From NCBI GenBank assembly GCA_036172245.1, contig JAYWIR010000012.1:2728001-2792000 (forward strand): DNA of 64,000 bases, written 5' to 3'. Positions within the stretch are counted from its first letter, which is position 1. Each line of letters starts with the position of its first letter. The DNA comes from Raillietiella orientalis. Lineage: Eukaryota. The notes beneath the pieces are model-generated. The model was not told where the DNA came from. It searched no databases and was given only the letters and a program-made list of their open reading frames with translations. Shown here piece after piece: positions 1 to 12,900 of the stretch. The translations under genes were made by a program, and so were the position numbers.

Positions 1-559
1 GCGCGCGCGTGCCGCTCGCCAAAAAAACGGGACAGACGAAAACCACGTCCCCCGAGCTGTCCTGGTAGGTGTTCCGTCTTCGCCATTTGTCAAAGTCGCG
101 CTCCATTTTCTTAACCGCCGCCGCCATGAATGGCCGCCGCCTTGTCTGTCGAAGCGGGGCGCGACCTCATGTCTGACGGGGATCGAGTGGCGCCCCTCCC
201 CCCTGGAACGGTGCGCCTGGCTCTCCTTGCTAGAAACATGGAGGAAAGCATGTTGGTTGCTCGTCGGTTTCCCGGTCCTCAAACGCGCATGGGAAAAGTC
301 GCCTTCCAGCACCTTCTCCCCCTCCCCCCCCAGAATGACGTCAGCAGAGTATCGCTCGCGATGAATATCTCGTCTGCTTTCTCCCACTGGTATTGGGAAG
401 GGAAAATAAAAAACAAAACGTGGGGAGTAGGCACTCTCAGGGTCCGAGGAAAAGAGTGGGGAGGCGAGGCTTCCCGGAAGCGACCGCGCGAAGCTTCCCA
501 CCACTCCGAAGAAATCCTCTAATGCTTTCGGGCTACCTGAGATAGCGAGCATCGGAGGA

Positions 560-1750
560 GGAGCTGCCGACGAGTAGCCGCCGCCGCGCGGGGAAGTCCA
601 CCACGAGTGGCACCAACCATCCGAGCGCTCCACACGGAGAACCCGGAAAGCAACAAGCGTCCCCTTCTGCAGACAGCCATCCCCCATCCCGAGCAGCCTG
701 CTTCCATGGAATGGATGGAGACAGCTCGCTGGAATCCGTCCCGCCCGAGAAAAAAATCGCCGGTAGGTGTGAGGATCCTGGAGGCATCCGAAATCACGTG
801 AGGGATGGGGCAGGAGGAGGATGGAGTGTCGTTGCTGCTGTTGCTCAAGAAGAGGGACTTTCCGATCACGACCTTCGTGCTTCCGGAACTGGACATCTCT
901 CTTGCCGCCATCTACGATCCTGCGTTTCTCTCGATGGCGATCTTCGGGGAAGAGCAGACGACAACGGAGGACTCCAGGGAATCCGAGCAAACGCTGACCG
1001 AACCGGAGAGTCCCGGTAAGGGAAGATCGCTCGGCAAGCCAGCTGCCTCTTTCCTTGATCGCGAAGACACGTCTTGCGAGTGCTGTGGAAGGATGCAACC
1101 GGCAGAGGACGCAGCAGGCGCGAAGCATCCAGCCTAGAGCCGGTCAGGACCTAGGTGAAGGGCGCTCGCGTCCAACCTCCCGCCCTTTCCCTTTCCGACT
1201 ACCCGGCGAGGCGCCGTCCCATCCTCAAAGATAGTCGGGGGAGGGAGGGGGGTTCTAGGCAGCTGTATGAAGACAAGGAAGCAGGAACCGAGCTCCAAGG
1301 CGGTAGCTGTCCCTCCAGGACCGGCGTCGCAGAGTCTCTGACCACGGAGGAAGGCGGAGGAGCAAAGGGGAGAAGGGAGGATGGGCAGCCGTCATTCCGC
1401 AGCGCCCCCCGAGTGCGGCGGCGGCCGCTTGCGCAAAAGACGAGTTTTTCCTCTCCGCCACCGGAAGCGGAAGCGCCAGCCTCCCTGAGGCATCATCTCG
1501 GAGCTACAAACAAAACCATCGAGGTGGTGAATGAGACGGGTCCGCACGCTCGTTCTTTGCCACCCGCGCCCTCCGGCACAAACGGCAGGCGCAGGGAGGA
1601 CCGGCAACTCCGATAGAGGAGATGCAGGAGGGCCTTCGGTGGTCGGCCTGCCACGTTCCGCGAGGCTGCCGGCATCCCTGCGGTGAGACACGTGCGTCGT
1701 CGAAAGGAACTTCTTCTGCTCCCTCTCCCGACACTACGAAGCTTCCGAGA
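560..1750 (+). mobile_element. Decayed L1/Tx1-clade LINE ORF2 fragment (EN + linker)
   Basis: ORF 805..1137 has GVSLLL...ISLAAIYDP, resembling EN GVAIL...IYAP. ORF 1155..1616 has ILKDSRG...RQLYEDK...SLTTEE, resembling the EN-RT linker (I..L.D..G / FY..LY / T.EE). Motifs are degenerate and judged by eye. Confidence 0.5.
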
Positions 1751-4349
1751 CCCGTGGCAACGGGAAGAGGGAAGCGCGCCTCAGCGAGGGTCCTCTCCGT
1801 CTGCTCTGCGCCCATGTGCGTGCGTGGGATTGAGCGTCTTCTTCCTTTTTCCCCTTCCCCCTCCGCCCGTTTCGCGCTGGAACCCGCTCCCGCCTCCCGG
1901 CAGACCGTTCCGACCAGGTGACTGCCCTCTTCCATCTTCTTGCAGAGTCTCTTCGTGTTCCGGAAAGCGCCCGGCACCCTCTCCGTTTCCCCTTCCCCTC
2001 CCTCCGAAAAATTCGGGAAATGCGCAACCGCGCATACTCTCCGAGGGACATGTGATGCTGAGGAGTTCCACTTTGAGGCCAAAATTAGAAGGGAAGAAAG
2101 GAAAGGGGCAAGCAACGACGAGCCTCTCTTCCCGGCAGGAAGGCGCGCACCGTGGCAGAACGCATGCCAGAGGGGACATGGAAAAGAGGGGGAGATGCGT
2201 GTGCGCGTAGGGGGGTCGGGATTTCCTCTTCCGCCGCAGGCTGATGGATGACACGAGAAACCCCGACAAGCGCCTCCGCCGATTCGGAAATTCGCGTGAT
2301 GAATCGTCGCGGAAGGGGGCGGCTGTGACCGTGGCGTGCGGACGGGAGGGCTACGTGGGACACGACCCGGCGCCACGTGCGCAATACGTGCTTTCACCCC
2401 CACCCGGAGCGGGACTGGGTGACTCCTTCCGTGGTCACGGTTAACTCTGACCTTAATTTGCAGGCTAGAAAGACCGCGGCGACGACGACGTGACGGGGTA
2501 AGGAGCAGGACGCATGTGGCCGCTCTTCCTCCTCCTCTCTCACTTCGGCCTAAACAGGAACGCCGAGCGCCCACCTCGGTTGCCTCCTCCGCTGTCCTAC
2601 GAGCGCGCGCTGCCTCTCCCGGAAACCCTTTGCACAGCGCGCGGGAAGCAGCGACATTTGACCCGCCGCTTCCTTCCTGTGGGCACGTCCCACACATCCT
2701 CGTCGGTTCAGGAACGGCCTGATCCTGGACGTGTGCGTGCCGCGTTTTGCGGTACATCAGGGGTCTCCGCAGAAGGCGCGTCGCTATCGAAGCTTTCCTC
2801 CACGTGTGCGAGGGCAGCGGAGAGTTCGGACTCAGCAGACGGCTGCCCCCGGCTGAGATCTACCCCGGCCCCATATGTACCCCACGTTCCGGCGAGTCGA
2901 ACACGGCGGACGGCTGCTCTGGCCGAGGTTTGCCCCATGCTTCGGGGAGCCGAACGCAGCGGAAAGCTACCCCGGGACGACGGCAAAGCTCTGCCTATGC
3001 CCGGAAAGGTAGATGGGAGCAGTCAGGAGTCCATGAAAACGGGAAGTCCGCCCCTCGCGCGCGCGCGTCACGCAGGAGCGGGTTGGTTAGTGGTGACAGC
3101 GCTGCTGGAAGGGCAGGAGGCGGCAAGCTGTGTGACCCTCCCCTGTCGATCCTCAAGTAGGAGCACGCCAGTGACCCCTCTCCTCCCCGCGCATGCCCCG
3201 CTTTACCGGTTGGCCGACCGGCTCTTCCCGCCAACTCAAGAGGGGGCCTAGCCTTCGATCGAATCAGCCCACCTGCAAGAAACGAATGCCCTTTGAGCTC
3301 GGCTGCTGCTTCCGCTTCCCGCCATTAGCATGCTGACTTTCGCCTCTCGGCGGATGTCCGAGATGATCCGAAGGGGCAGTCAAGAGTTCGGCCTGTCTTC
3401 TCGCATGGAGAGCCCTCAGTGGTCTCTCCAAAGTCTTTTTTTTTTCCGCCGCACCTCCGTTTACTTAAAGGAGGGGAGGGAAGCGGACCGGGAGGCGACG
3501 AAGGAACTGGATTTTCCAGAACGAAAGGAGCGCGCGTCCCCTAAAAGCTGCCACGCGAGGCAGCTTTCAGGGACACCCGTCGCCCTCGGAAGGTGAGAAC
3601 GAAAAAAAAAAAAAAAAGTGGAGGAAGGGGGGGGGGGATGGGGGAGAGGGGGAAGGTAAGAGAGAGAGAAAAGCCCAGCGTGTCAAAATACGAGCGCGTT
3701 CTGGGGGAGATCGCTCTGCGGCACAGGCCAACGACCGCTGTTTCTTGACGCGCGAAGCTCTCCCGCCGCACTCCTTGTAGGGCCCGGGAATAAGGGGCTC
3801 CAGTCCGTACTGACCGCTAGGCACAAGATCGCTGGCCCCGAGGAACACGAATGCGCAAAAATTCGGCACGGCGGCCCGCGGGAGACGTCCGCACGTTCGC
3901 GAGGCGTCGCCAAGGATACGAAGGGGGGAGGAGCATTGGAAGGCTGCCGGTGCGCTTACCAGGTGACTCGGTCTCGCAGCCCTTGTGCCACCCTGGTCAA
4001 CGAGAGGCACCTGCCGAGTTGGCGGTTCGGCTGGTGCTGCTCCCGCCTTATGGGTCGCTCCGATACGCAGAGTCGCACCAGACGTCCTGCCCGCCCCATT
4101 CGCCCCCCCCCTCCACGGAGTGCACGGGCTGCCCGCATTACTCGAAAGGATTTTCCAGGCACCTGAAATAGGAGAGCCGGAAAATCCGGGAGACCACAGG
4201 TTTTCTTTGTTTTTGTTTTTGTTGTTATTTCACTTCGTCCCTTGAAGATGAAAATCGCTCCGGGAAATCCAGGTAGTCTGACCACTTTGCGTTTGCGTAA
4301 CTCTCCCAATACCGCGCATGCTTCCTCGTGTCTTCTTGCGCATCAGAAC

Positions 4350-5100
4350 GGAGAAACCGATTTCCACCGGACCTGCATTCGATCCGGTGACCTTCCCTAG
4401 AGGACCACTCTCGGCTCGATGGCCCAGAATCTGCTCTGCCAAAGAGCCAGCCCACCGGAGAGCCACGCACTGCGGCCGCCGTCAATCGCTGGGGGACCAA
4501 CCCCCCCTCCCCTCCTTTTGCTGTGGGAGACAACCGCGGCCGAAGACCTCAGCAAGCGATTCCCAAGGACGGATCATAGCTCTTCAGCACCTGGCTCTTC
4601 TTCTTGCTACCTCCACTGACGCTGCGACTGCGCCCGCTGCTCTTCATCAGCATCCTCTGTTACACGAGGAAGCTGTCCCGCATGCTCGGACCGGGCTTCG
4701 ACTGCTGGAGATCACCGGGCCGCGGAGGCTGCATGTACCGCCTATTTCATCGCCGGCAGGAAGGATCACGCTACCGAGCTCTTCTGGGAACCGAAAACTC
4801 CACCAGAAAGACGGACTTCCTGAGAGACCAACGGAGCAGCAGCAACTCCAACCGCTCTTCGCAGAGCGCCTGCCGTTGGCACGCTGCCTCCTCCCCGAGT
4901 CAGCTCACCTTGCGCAGCATCCTTCTCTCGTTCTCTCAGACCGTTTCTGGCCTCCTCTTCTTCAGAGGAGAACCCCCGAGGCACGCCGACCCTTGCCGTG
5001 ACAGGAAGCGACATGAGTCGACTGTCGTCCATCCGTTCAGAGGGTGGCTCCCCCCCGAGCCTCTGACGGCGGAAGGAGCTTCGTCGCACGAGTGTCTTCG
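4350..5100 (-). mobile_element. Decayed LINE ORF2 linker / pre-RT fragment
   Basis: Minus-strand reading gives PRLSPTAK...LTAAAVRG...LFGRADSGP (ORF 4225..4533), resembling pkLs...lT..Ev..A...GKspGPDG. The same region has codon-like GC3 periodicity and in-frame stops. Confidence 0.4.
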
Positions 5101-8100
5101 CCGCCAACACGCCTACAGGTAGCCAAGGACGGCGGGCGGAAGGGTCGCATTTCTCCTCCCGGTCCTTTGACTTGCCTGGAAGCGGAAATCTACCGAGGTC
5201 TCTGGGAAGCAGGCAGTACCGCTTCGCACTCTCGCAAAGACTTCCGGGAGGGCCGAAGCTGTTTGGAATTTCGGGGAGGATCGCGCATCCCGAGCGCACG
5301 TGTCTGTTTTTCCTAAATCCCACCCTAGTGGCTCTTCCTCCCACCTCATGCGCCGCCGCCGAGGGCGCAGTCTTCGGGAACGAGGCCGGTCGGTCGCTGC
5401 TGTCTTCTTCCTCTCGGCAGGGGGAGCACGGCAATGCCACCCAGTCTCCCGGAAAAAAAACATGGGTCATTCAATCCGACGCTCGCCCCCCCTCCTTTTT
5501 TTTCAAAGGACACGCCCCTCCTGCGTTCCGTGGAATGCCGAAGGATAGAATTCCGGTAGCGGGGAAGAAGAACCGACTTCCGCCACCCGATCCCTTGGGA
5601 TGACTCGTCCGACCGACGAGATCCCGAGCGGGCGGGACGGCGGCGCTTGGAACTCGTCGCTATTCCTTGTAGGGAAGGGGAGGAGGAGGAGGAGGAGAAA
5701 GGAAAGACGGGAGGAAGGGAAAAAGAGGAGGAGGAAGGGAAGAAGGGAGGGGAGGGGCACCGTCAACTTCTGCAGGAGGGCCGTCACCATTGCCCTTTCT
5801 CTTTCTCCTCCTCTTCGTCCTGGCAGGCCGCCCGTCGAACCCGCTGGCAGAAGGACGCCTTCCGTGCCATCCCCACGCCCTGCCTCGTTCCTCCCGTCAG
5901 CAGGAGGGTCCGCGGAGTGCCTCACCTCCGGACCCGCGACTGAGACGGCAGTCAAGGGCTGAACTCGTGCACGAGGGGACGCCGCGAATTCCGCTGAGGC
6001 AGCAGCAACGACGGGCGCGGGAACCTCCACCCGTCCCCTACGCAGGAGACCAGCAGCGGCCACCCTTCTTCTTCATCCGAGAAAGAGCTGCACCAAAAAG
6101 TTTCATCTGCGTGCTCGGGCGCTGGGGCTGAAGGGGAGGGAGGCGCGACCTGGCGCGAGGGTTGGGCCCTCCGGTTACTCGCGACGAACGCTGAACAAGA
6201 AGAAAGGAGTGGGGGATGGGGGGAAGAGGTGCGAAGAGGAGAGCGAACGCCTCCCTTGAGGACGGTCCGGATGCTTCCGCGAGCGACCGTATCTGCGACT
6301 GCATCCTGGTCTTCCGAGGAAAGAGGAAGGAGGGAAGGCAACGCAGGGTGGATCCTTCCGAAAGTGCAACTCAGTCGGGAAAAGGGGCGGGGGGAGGGGA
6401 GGGGTCATCGACCATCGGAAGGGCGCGCATCAGCAAGAACTCCGTGTTTTGCTGGCTCCCGGCAAGCCCTCTTCTATCGTGCGCGCGGGGTGCGCCCCTC
6501 GACCAAAGCCGGTGCGGCCCCCTCGAAGATTTCCCGGGGCGGATTCCGGCCACCAGCGCGGACCCGTCGAAGATCCTCAGCCCCGCCCTCTCCCCTGCGG
6601 GCAATGGGGTTTTCGTGCCGCGCTGCTCTTCTCCTCTCTCTCTCCCCACGGAAGGGAGGAGGGAGGGTCCAAGGGAATCCCTCGAGTCTGTCGAGGGAAG
6701 GGAGGGGGGGTCGCTGCGTGCGAATTCCCCTGCACCCCCGCGCGACCTCGCGCCGCATTTCTGTCGCGCCGTCGACGTGCGGGGACTCCCGGACGTCTCT
6801 TCCCTTCCGCCCAATCTTTGCCTCCTCCCATGAAATGATCGGCGGAGGGAACGTTCGCTGGTCCCCCCGACAGGATGCGCTTCCGCTCCGGACCGTCCCT
6901 CACTTAACAGTGCACTGGCTCCCTCCCTCCCCTACTTATCCAACGAGGGGAGCAGCCTCTCCCTCTTCTCCCGCTTCCGAGACCGCTGACGGGAAGGGAC
7001 TCCGGGACCGCAGCGCTCGCTGCCATCCCGTTCGATCGTTCCCTAAAGTTTCGCGTTCAAACGGTTTTCGTCCGATCGATTTTTTTCGCCGATTCCCACT
7101 ATCGCATTTCGTCCCGTTTAATCCCGTCCCGTCTTCGCTCCCGCCTCCGATGACAAAGGCGCGCGCGTTCCTTCTGCGGACCGTCCTCCGCCATCCTCCG
7201 CGTCGGCTTGGCAACCCCACGTTCGAACTCAGATGCCCCGAAGCAGATCCGGAGCGTAGGCGGCCCTGCAGCCCAGTACGATCTCAGGAAGAGCGCGGTG
7301 CGGTGCCGGGGGGAGGGGGACAAAGAGGGGGAGCGGGAGGGAGGGAGAGAAGAACGCGTTGCGCTCTCTCATCCCCCCCGCGGGCGGCGGCGGCCAAGCG
7401 GGTGGGAGGGGAAAGGGTTCCTGGCTTACCTGAGCCCTACCCTACGCTTTGCCCCACCAGATGGCTCCACCCTGTCGGCGTTAGGGAACGTTTGCAGATT
7501 CGGCATCCGAACTACGTCACTACCGACGCAGGATGCGCGCGAAACGCAGCCCCCCAGCCGTTACTAAGGCATCCAGCTGCTGCCCGGTGTTGTTGCGGCA
7601 CCGCCCAAGGACCAATTATTCCCTCCCTGCCCCCCCTCCCCCACCGCGACCGGACGAGAAACGAGCGAGCTTCCCGCGGAAAACCGCCGAATTCACTGAT
7701 CTCTGCACGACCCTGCTGCTCTCAGCCCACTGCTTTCGGACTCTCTCGAACACGCACACGCCCTCCCGGCACGGAGTCCGCAGAAGTCGCGAAGCAGAAG
7801 ACTTCCAGCGCCGCGCCGGCCGCGTCAAGCTCTACTGACGCGGCGCGAAAGACGGTCCAGACTTTTGAGCAGAGTCCCACGTCTGCACACACGACGGAAG
7901 GCTTCCTGCTGGAGAGCGGCGGTTGGGGGAAGGGAGGAAGACGAGGAAGGAGGGAGGAGAAGGAGAAGGCGAAAGGGGGGAGGAGGAGGATGAAACCCGC
8001 TGCTGGCCGCCTCGACAGCCGAGGAGGGGATCGAGCGCCGTTCGGGAAGAGCCGTGTCGCGCCCTCCCTAGCCGTGGCTGGCGAAAGGGGAAAAGAAAGT

Positions 8101-8975
8101 GCGGAGAGGTTCTGGCCACTGTGAGCGGAAAGCCCGGGGAAAACGTGCGACTGCATTCCCTGCCCTCCCATGCCCCCGTCGCATAACTCCCTCCTTCGTC
8201 CGGTACCTGCGAGCGTCCAGCTTGAGCGCGCAGTGCCACCACCACGCCAGCGGTTACTCAGGGAACGAATGCACCCTTCCTCCGAGCCGATCCTTGGAAG
8301 CGTCCACGGCGTGCGCGAGACAGAGAGAAGGCAACGCTGGCGTCCGCGTCACTTCCAAGGCACGGTGGAAGCGCGGCGGCACCATCTGCGCGCGGTTTCT
8401 CCCCCCGTCGCCACGGCAACGGCGGAGGAGCCCCGTCCGAGGGGGGAAACATCCGGTTCGTTCGTTCCCGCCTTCCCGCGCAGGAAACCGCACGGCGCCC
8501 TGCGGCTACGGGCTTTGCGGGGCGCGAGCGTCGGCGTCGGCGGTAAGGCGGTCTCCTCCTCCTGCTGCGACCCTCTCCGCGCTCCCGTCTCTCGGGAGAA
8601 TACCCCCAGAAAGCCCCCTCTCGCGCGGGGCAGTGGAGCGCGTGCGGACCCCAGACGGAGTGCGGGACGCCCTTGGCCGTGCGTGCGTGCGTACGTGCGC
8701 GAGCTCCTTCTCCCTCCGGCCGTGCCTCGGCGAAGTGCCGCGTCCTCGCCGCCTCTTTCTGCCGTTTCGGGAAAAACAAAAAAAAAAGCGAAAAGAGCGG
8801 AGCAAAACGGGGCAAAAGAGAGAGAAAATCGAAACGCTCGCGCGCGTGCGCATTGCGCGTCGGGGTCACGCCAACGTTTGAGAAAGGAAAATCGTACTCA
8901 CACACTGCGACCTATTTTCGCACCTGCCTATTCTGAATCTCTGTCCCAGAACCGAGAGAAGCCAGTCCGACTTAC

Positions 8976-9070
8976 GACGAATTTTGACCATGTACCTCCA
9001 GGCGCTGCATTCCTTGCTCCTCATGCTCGTGGTGCCAGCGCGCGGTCCCGACAGAACTCCTCCGGAAATT
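8976..9070 (-). other. Candidate short first exon (MRSKECSAWRYMVKIR..., phase-1 donor)
   Basis: Minus-strand ATG at 9024-9022, 16 open codons plus 1 nt, then a consensus GTAAGT donor at 8975-8970. A CpG-dense segment lies upstream. No homology recognised. Confidence 0.2.
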
Positions 9071-9079
9071 GATCAACGG

Positions 9080-9600
9080 CGGACGCGAGACCGCGCACGG
9101 ATTCCGCGGCTGCTTCCGTGCGAAGTGCCCGCGAACGAGGAGGAAGATATTCGTTTCTTTCCTCTTTTTTTTTTCCTTTTTCTTACGCGCCGTGCGCGCA
9201 GCAGCGGCGAGGACAGCCTCTCTTTTTGCGATCTCCCTGCAGCGCGCGCATCACCCGCGCATGCGCCCGCGGCGGAGCGCAAAGTGCTTTTTAGTCCTCC
9301 TAGAGAGCCCGTCACAAGCCGCCGCAGCGCGCGCTCGCGGAAAGGGGGGAGGGGGGCGGGTGAAGAGGAAAAGGCCTCTTGAGGAACAAAGGGAGTGGGC
9401 ACGGCCCCTCTGTACTGCCCCCGCCGCCGGCTTCAGAGCTCCCCTTCTTCCTCCGGGTGCAAACACGTGTCCCCGCGGCAGGAGGGAGGGACGCGCGGCT
9501 CAAGCAACGCGGACGGAGGATGCGAGGACGCCGCGCGACCTCGCGATGGAGGGGATGGATGCAGGCCCCTCGCTCACGTTGTTAGGAGATCCCGCCGCCT
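9080..9600. promoter_or_regulatory. CpG-dense segment with an NRF1-like GCGCATGCGC palindrome
   Basis: gcgcatgcgc near 9257-9266 within a CpG/GC-dense stretch with no visible TE motifs. Promoter function is inference only. Confidence 0.2.
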
Positions 9601-9949
9601 CCTACGCTTCCCGCTGCCCGGAATGAGAAGCCGGGATCCACGAAGTCGCCCGCCTTCCTTCCATTTATCACCGCGTTCATCAAGGGACGGGAGCGACAGA
9701 TGGTGCTCCGGAAAGGGGAGGAGGTGGAGGAGACAGGGAGACCGAACGACCCGCGACGCGAGCGGGAGCTCTAGAAACCCCCGTGTGAGATACGCCGCCT
9801 CCCGAGCGAAACGGCAGGCTCCCGAAGGAGTCCAGCTGGATGCTTCCGTCCGTGGCGGGAGAAGGGCGATCTGCTTCGCCGCCGCCGCCCCTGCGGTGGC
9901 CGCGGCCGTGGGGAAGGCTCAGCGACCGATGCAAAGGGACTGTTGGACG

Positions 9950-12900
9950 TGACCGCCAGTTCGACACGGGAGGAGGGGGGAGGCGCTAAAAGGAGGGAAG
10001 GCGAAGACGGGAGTGGAGGTTGTCGCAGCGAGTCCTACTCCTGCTGCCGGATCCCGAGGCTCGGAGTTGCCGAGGTTCCAGGAAGGGAAGGGAGACGCTG
10101 GCTTCGCTTCCGGGCATCCGGCGTGGGGCTGCGGTGCATCTTCCGAGAAGAGCCGGAGTGGAAAGAACAGGATGTGGATCTTCTCCTTGCTCTTGCTCTT
10201 CAGCCTCCGCTTCTCCCGCTCGGCTGTCCCCAGGCGCCTCGAAAACAGGGAAGAGGCCGCCGCTGCGGGAAGTGGTCCAAGTTGCTGCCAAGAGGCGCCA
10301 GGGAGTGCCCACCATCTTTATGCAGGTCTCGAACGCGTCCCGACCTGCTCTTCCGCCCCCGTTGCCTTGAGCCACACCCTTCCTTCCCTCCGACTCCAGG
10401 ACCGGAGGGTGGGATGACCGCCTTCCGGAAGAGCCCCTTCCGGGTTCCTCCAAACGACTCTTCCGCTGCGTGCCTTCCGTCGTCGAAACGCGGATCGCAA
10501 GGCAGCCCTCCACCACTCGTCTCCTCCGCGCCTAGGATGCCCTTGGGTAGCTGCTCTTCCGATCGCCGTCTCCTCTCAGAGTGAACTTCCGGCAAGCGCT
10601 CTCCCTCCGGGTCCTCCCTCTCTCCCTCCTTCCCTGAGTGACCAAAGGGCCGCGTTCCTAAGGAACCCCTCTCTCGTTCCCTGAACAACCGCCGCCGTGG
10701 TGCTCGCGGATCCGATTCCGGACCTGCTGAGTCCTTTGCCGCCACTCCTCCCTCTCCTATGGCTCTTCATCGCCCACTCTCCCCCAGCGGCGATCGTCAC
10801 CATGTGGAGCTTTCCCTCAGCCACCGCCCTTTCGGCGCCCTTGGGAGAATCGCCCTCCCGGTTCCATCCCGTCTCCTGGGATCACCTGGATGCAAGCACC
10901 GTGGTGGGAAGAGGAGCCAAATGGTCTGTTCTTGCCTTCGGCATCGGATTTCCCCTGGAGCATTTTCTCCTGTCCTTTCCCTCCCTTCGCGAGGTGGCCA
11001 CGGGATCGTGTCGAGCTTCTCTTCAGCTTCCCTGGCGCGTCCGGGAATCTAAGCGAATTCCGGAGGACTCCTTTCCCTGCATCTTCCGTGAAGGCGGCGC
11101 TCAGACGGGACTGCAGGATCATTCATCGCATCCTGAAAATGCGACCCTCTTTCTCCCCAAGACCTCTCTCCGGAGCTCTTCTCTGCTCCTAGCTCGCACC
11201 GGGGACTGCAGCCAGTCTCCCCTCCCCCTCCTTTCAGGGCTCCCGGGCTGGGGATAGCTTCTTGCCACCTTGTAGCGTACAGCGAACAGGTAGTTGACCG
11301 CCTTCCCTCCGTGAAGATCGGCTCTGCCGGAGACCACTCCCGACTGGAGCTCTGGCGAGAGACTGAGGAGCTATAAGGCGTATCTCCACATCCGCCGTTT
11401 CTCCAGGCAGCCCAATGTCCGCAGCCTGGCAAATGCAAGGCCGGGGATGAGCAGCCTGGCAATCCGGGTAGGCCAGCTTGCTGGACGACCAGGGCCAGGA
11501 GTACCTGGCTCCAGCGGAGGTAACGCGCATCTCACACAGTTTCCATTCCTCCCTGAGCGCGGGGGTACCTCCGGAGCGGCACGTTGTGCGGCTCTTGCTG
11601 ACCGGAGGCACGCCAGCTTTAGGGAACGAGGAGCAGAGAAGTCTCGGCGAGCCGTTCACGGTGGCTCCAGAGGCGGAAAACACCAGGAGAGGACGGCCTG
11701 CCTGCGGAGCATCACCGACCGATGCATCGCGGCAGAGCTCGGTCTCCTGGTGCACCACCGACTGTGCACGCTGATCCTCGAAAGAGGCGACGCACCCGGA
11801 GGTCAGCAAGAGTACGTCTTTTCCCTTCCAGAGGAGACCTTCGCAACGCTGGCAACTGGCGGCCTATCACGGTAGTGAAGGTGGATCCCAAGCTGCTTCC
11901 CAAACTGTGGGTGGAGCGACCGGGGCGGGTGGCTGAATCATTGGTCAGGCCAGAACAGACATATGCTGTTCCCGGGCGAACCATGAAGGCCAGCCTGTTC
12001 CTCGAGAGCACATGGTGGCAGTTGCTACCGCGGGTTGAGCCTATGGGTCACGAGAATCCTGGATTCTAATCTGACCAGGGAGAGGAAGGACACCAGGGAG
12101 CGGACGCGCCCGGAGCCCTTGCGGTCGCAGTCGATGTGCGCAAAGATTCTAGTGAGTCGACCACGAACGCCTTCTGAAGCTCCTGGAATGCATAGGATCT
12201 CCAGCCGTCTTCCGGGTCTATCTGAGCTCTTGTTAGTGCAACATGCTTATCAATATTGCTTTCAGAGGTGGGCACGTGCATGGCATGCCCGTACGACGCA
12301 ACATACGGCAAGGTGACAGCCTGAGTCCCCTGCTCTTCAGGGCCTACTTTGAGTTGGTGCTGAGAGCACGCAGGGAGACTCTGGGCAGCCTGCCGAGTTC
12401 GTGCCTGGGCACTCCCCTGTCGTCCTACCCAACGATCTTTTAATCATGCCCCCCATGTCCAACCCGGCGTCAGCAGTCGAGGGTTTCTTCGAGTTGTTGA
12501 GTAGGGGAGTGGTCCTAGAGGGGAAGAGGACGAAGTCGCCGTTGGTACCGGTTGATGCGGCGTGGACTGGACGGTCGGACTGGATCCCTTTGAGAGTCTC
12601 CACAGGCGGGTACTTGAAGCACCTTGGCGTTTCGTTGCGTAGCAGATGCCTTGTCTGGCCGTCTCCAACAAGTAGAGATGGTGCTGGACCCGTTCTGGAG
12701 CGGCAAGTTTCACTTGTCGGAACGGGACGCGATGTGGAACTCATTTGCAACTCCCCTCCTGACACCAACAGAAGGGTTGAGGACCTTCTGAGGACAGCCC
12801 TGTGAGGCACAGGGACGCCCATAGTCCGGTTCAAAGACTTGTGTGCTCCTCATAGGGATGGAGGAGTGGACCTTCTTATACTGGAGTGGAGGGAGCGTCA

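Noticed and set aside
2780..2890. EFGLSRR resembling kinase DFGLSR (similar EFGLSSR at ~3383)
   Set aside because: No HRD, VAIK or APE motifs at plausible spacing; a short chance match.
4140..4290. Repeated ccgg(g/a)aaatcc(a/g)gg motifs suggesting a MITE subterminal array
   Set aside because: Only three short motifs, with no paired terminal inverted repeats or TSD identifiable.
7584..7608. Minus-strand GRCRNNTG resembling DM-domain CARCRNHG
   Set aside because: The remaining DM residues (LKGHKR..C..C.C..C) are absent.
6229..8124. Longest ORF in the track (631 aa) and other 200-400 aa ORFs
   Set aside because: Arg/Pro/Ser/Gly-rich translations with overlapping ORFs in several frames and no recognisable domain; expected by chance in GC-rich DNA.
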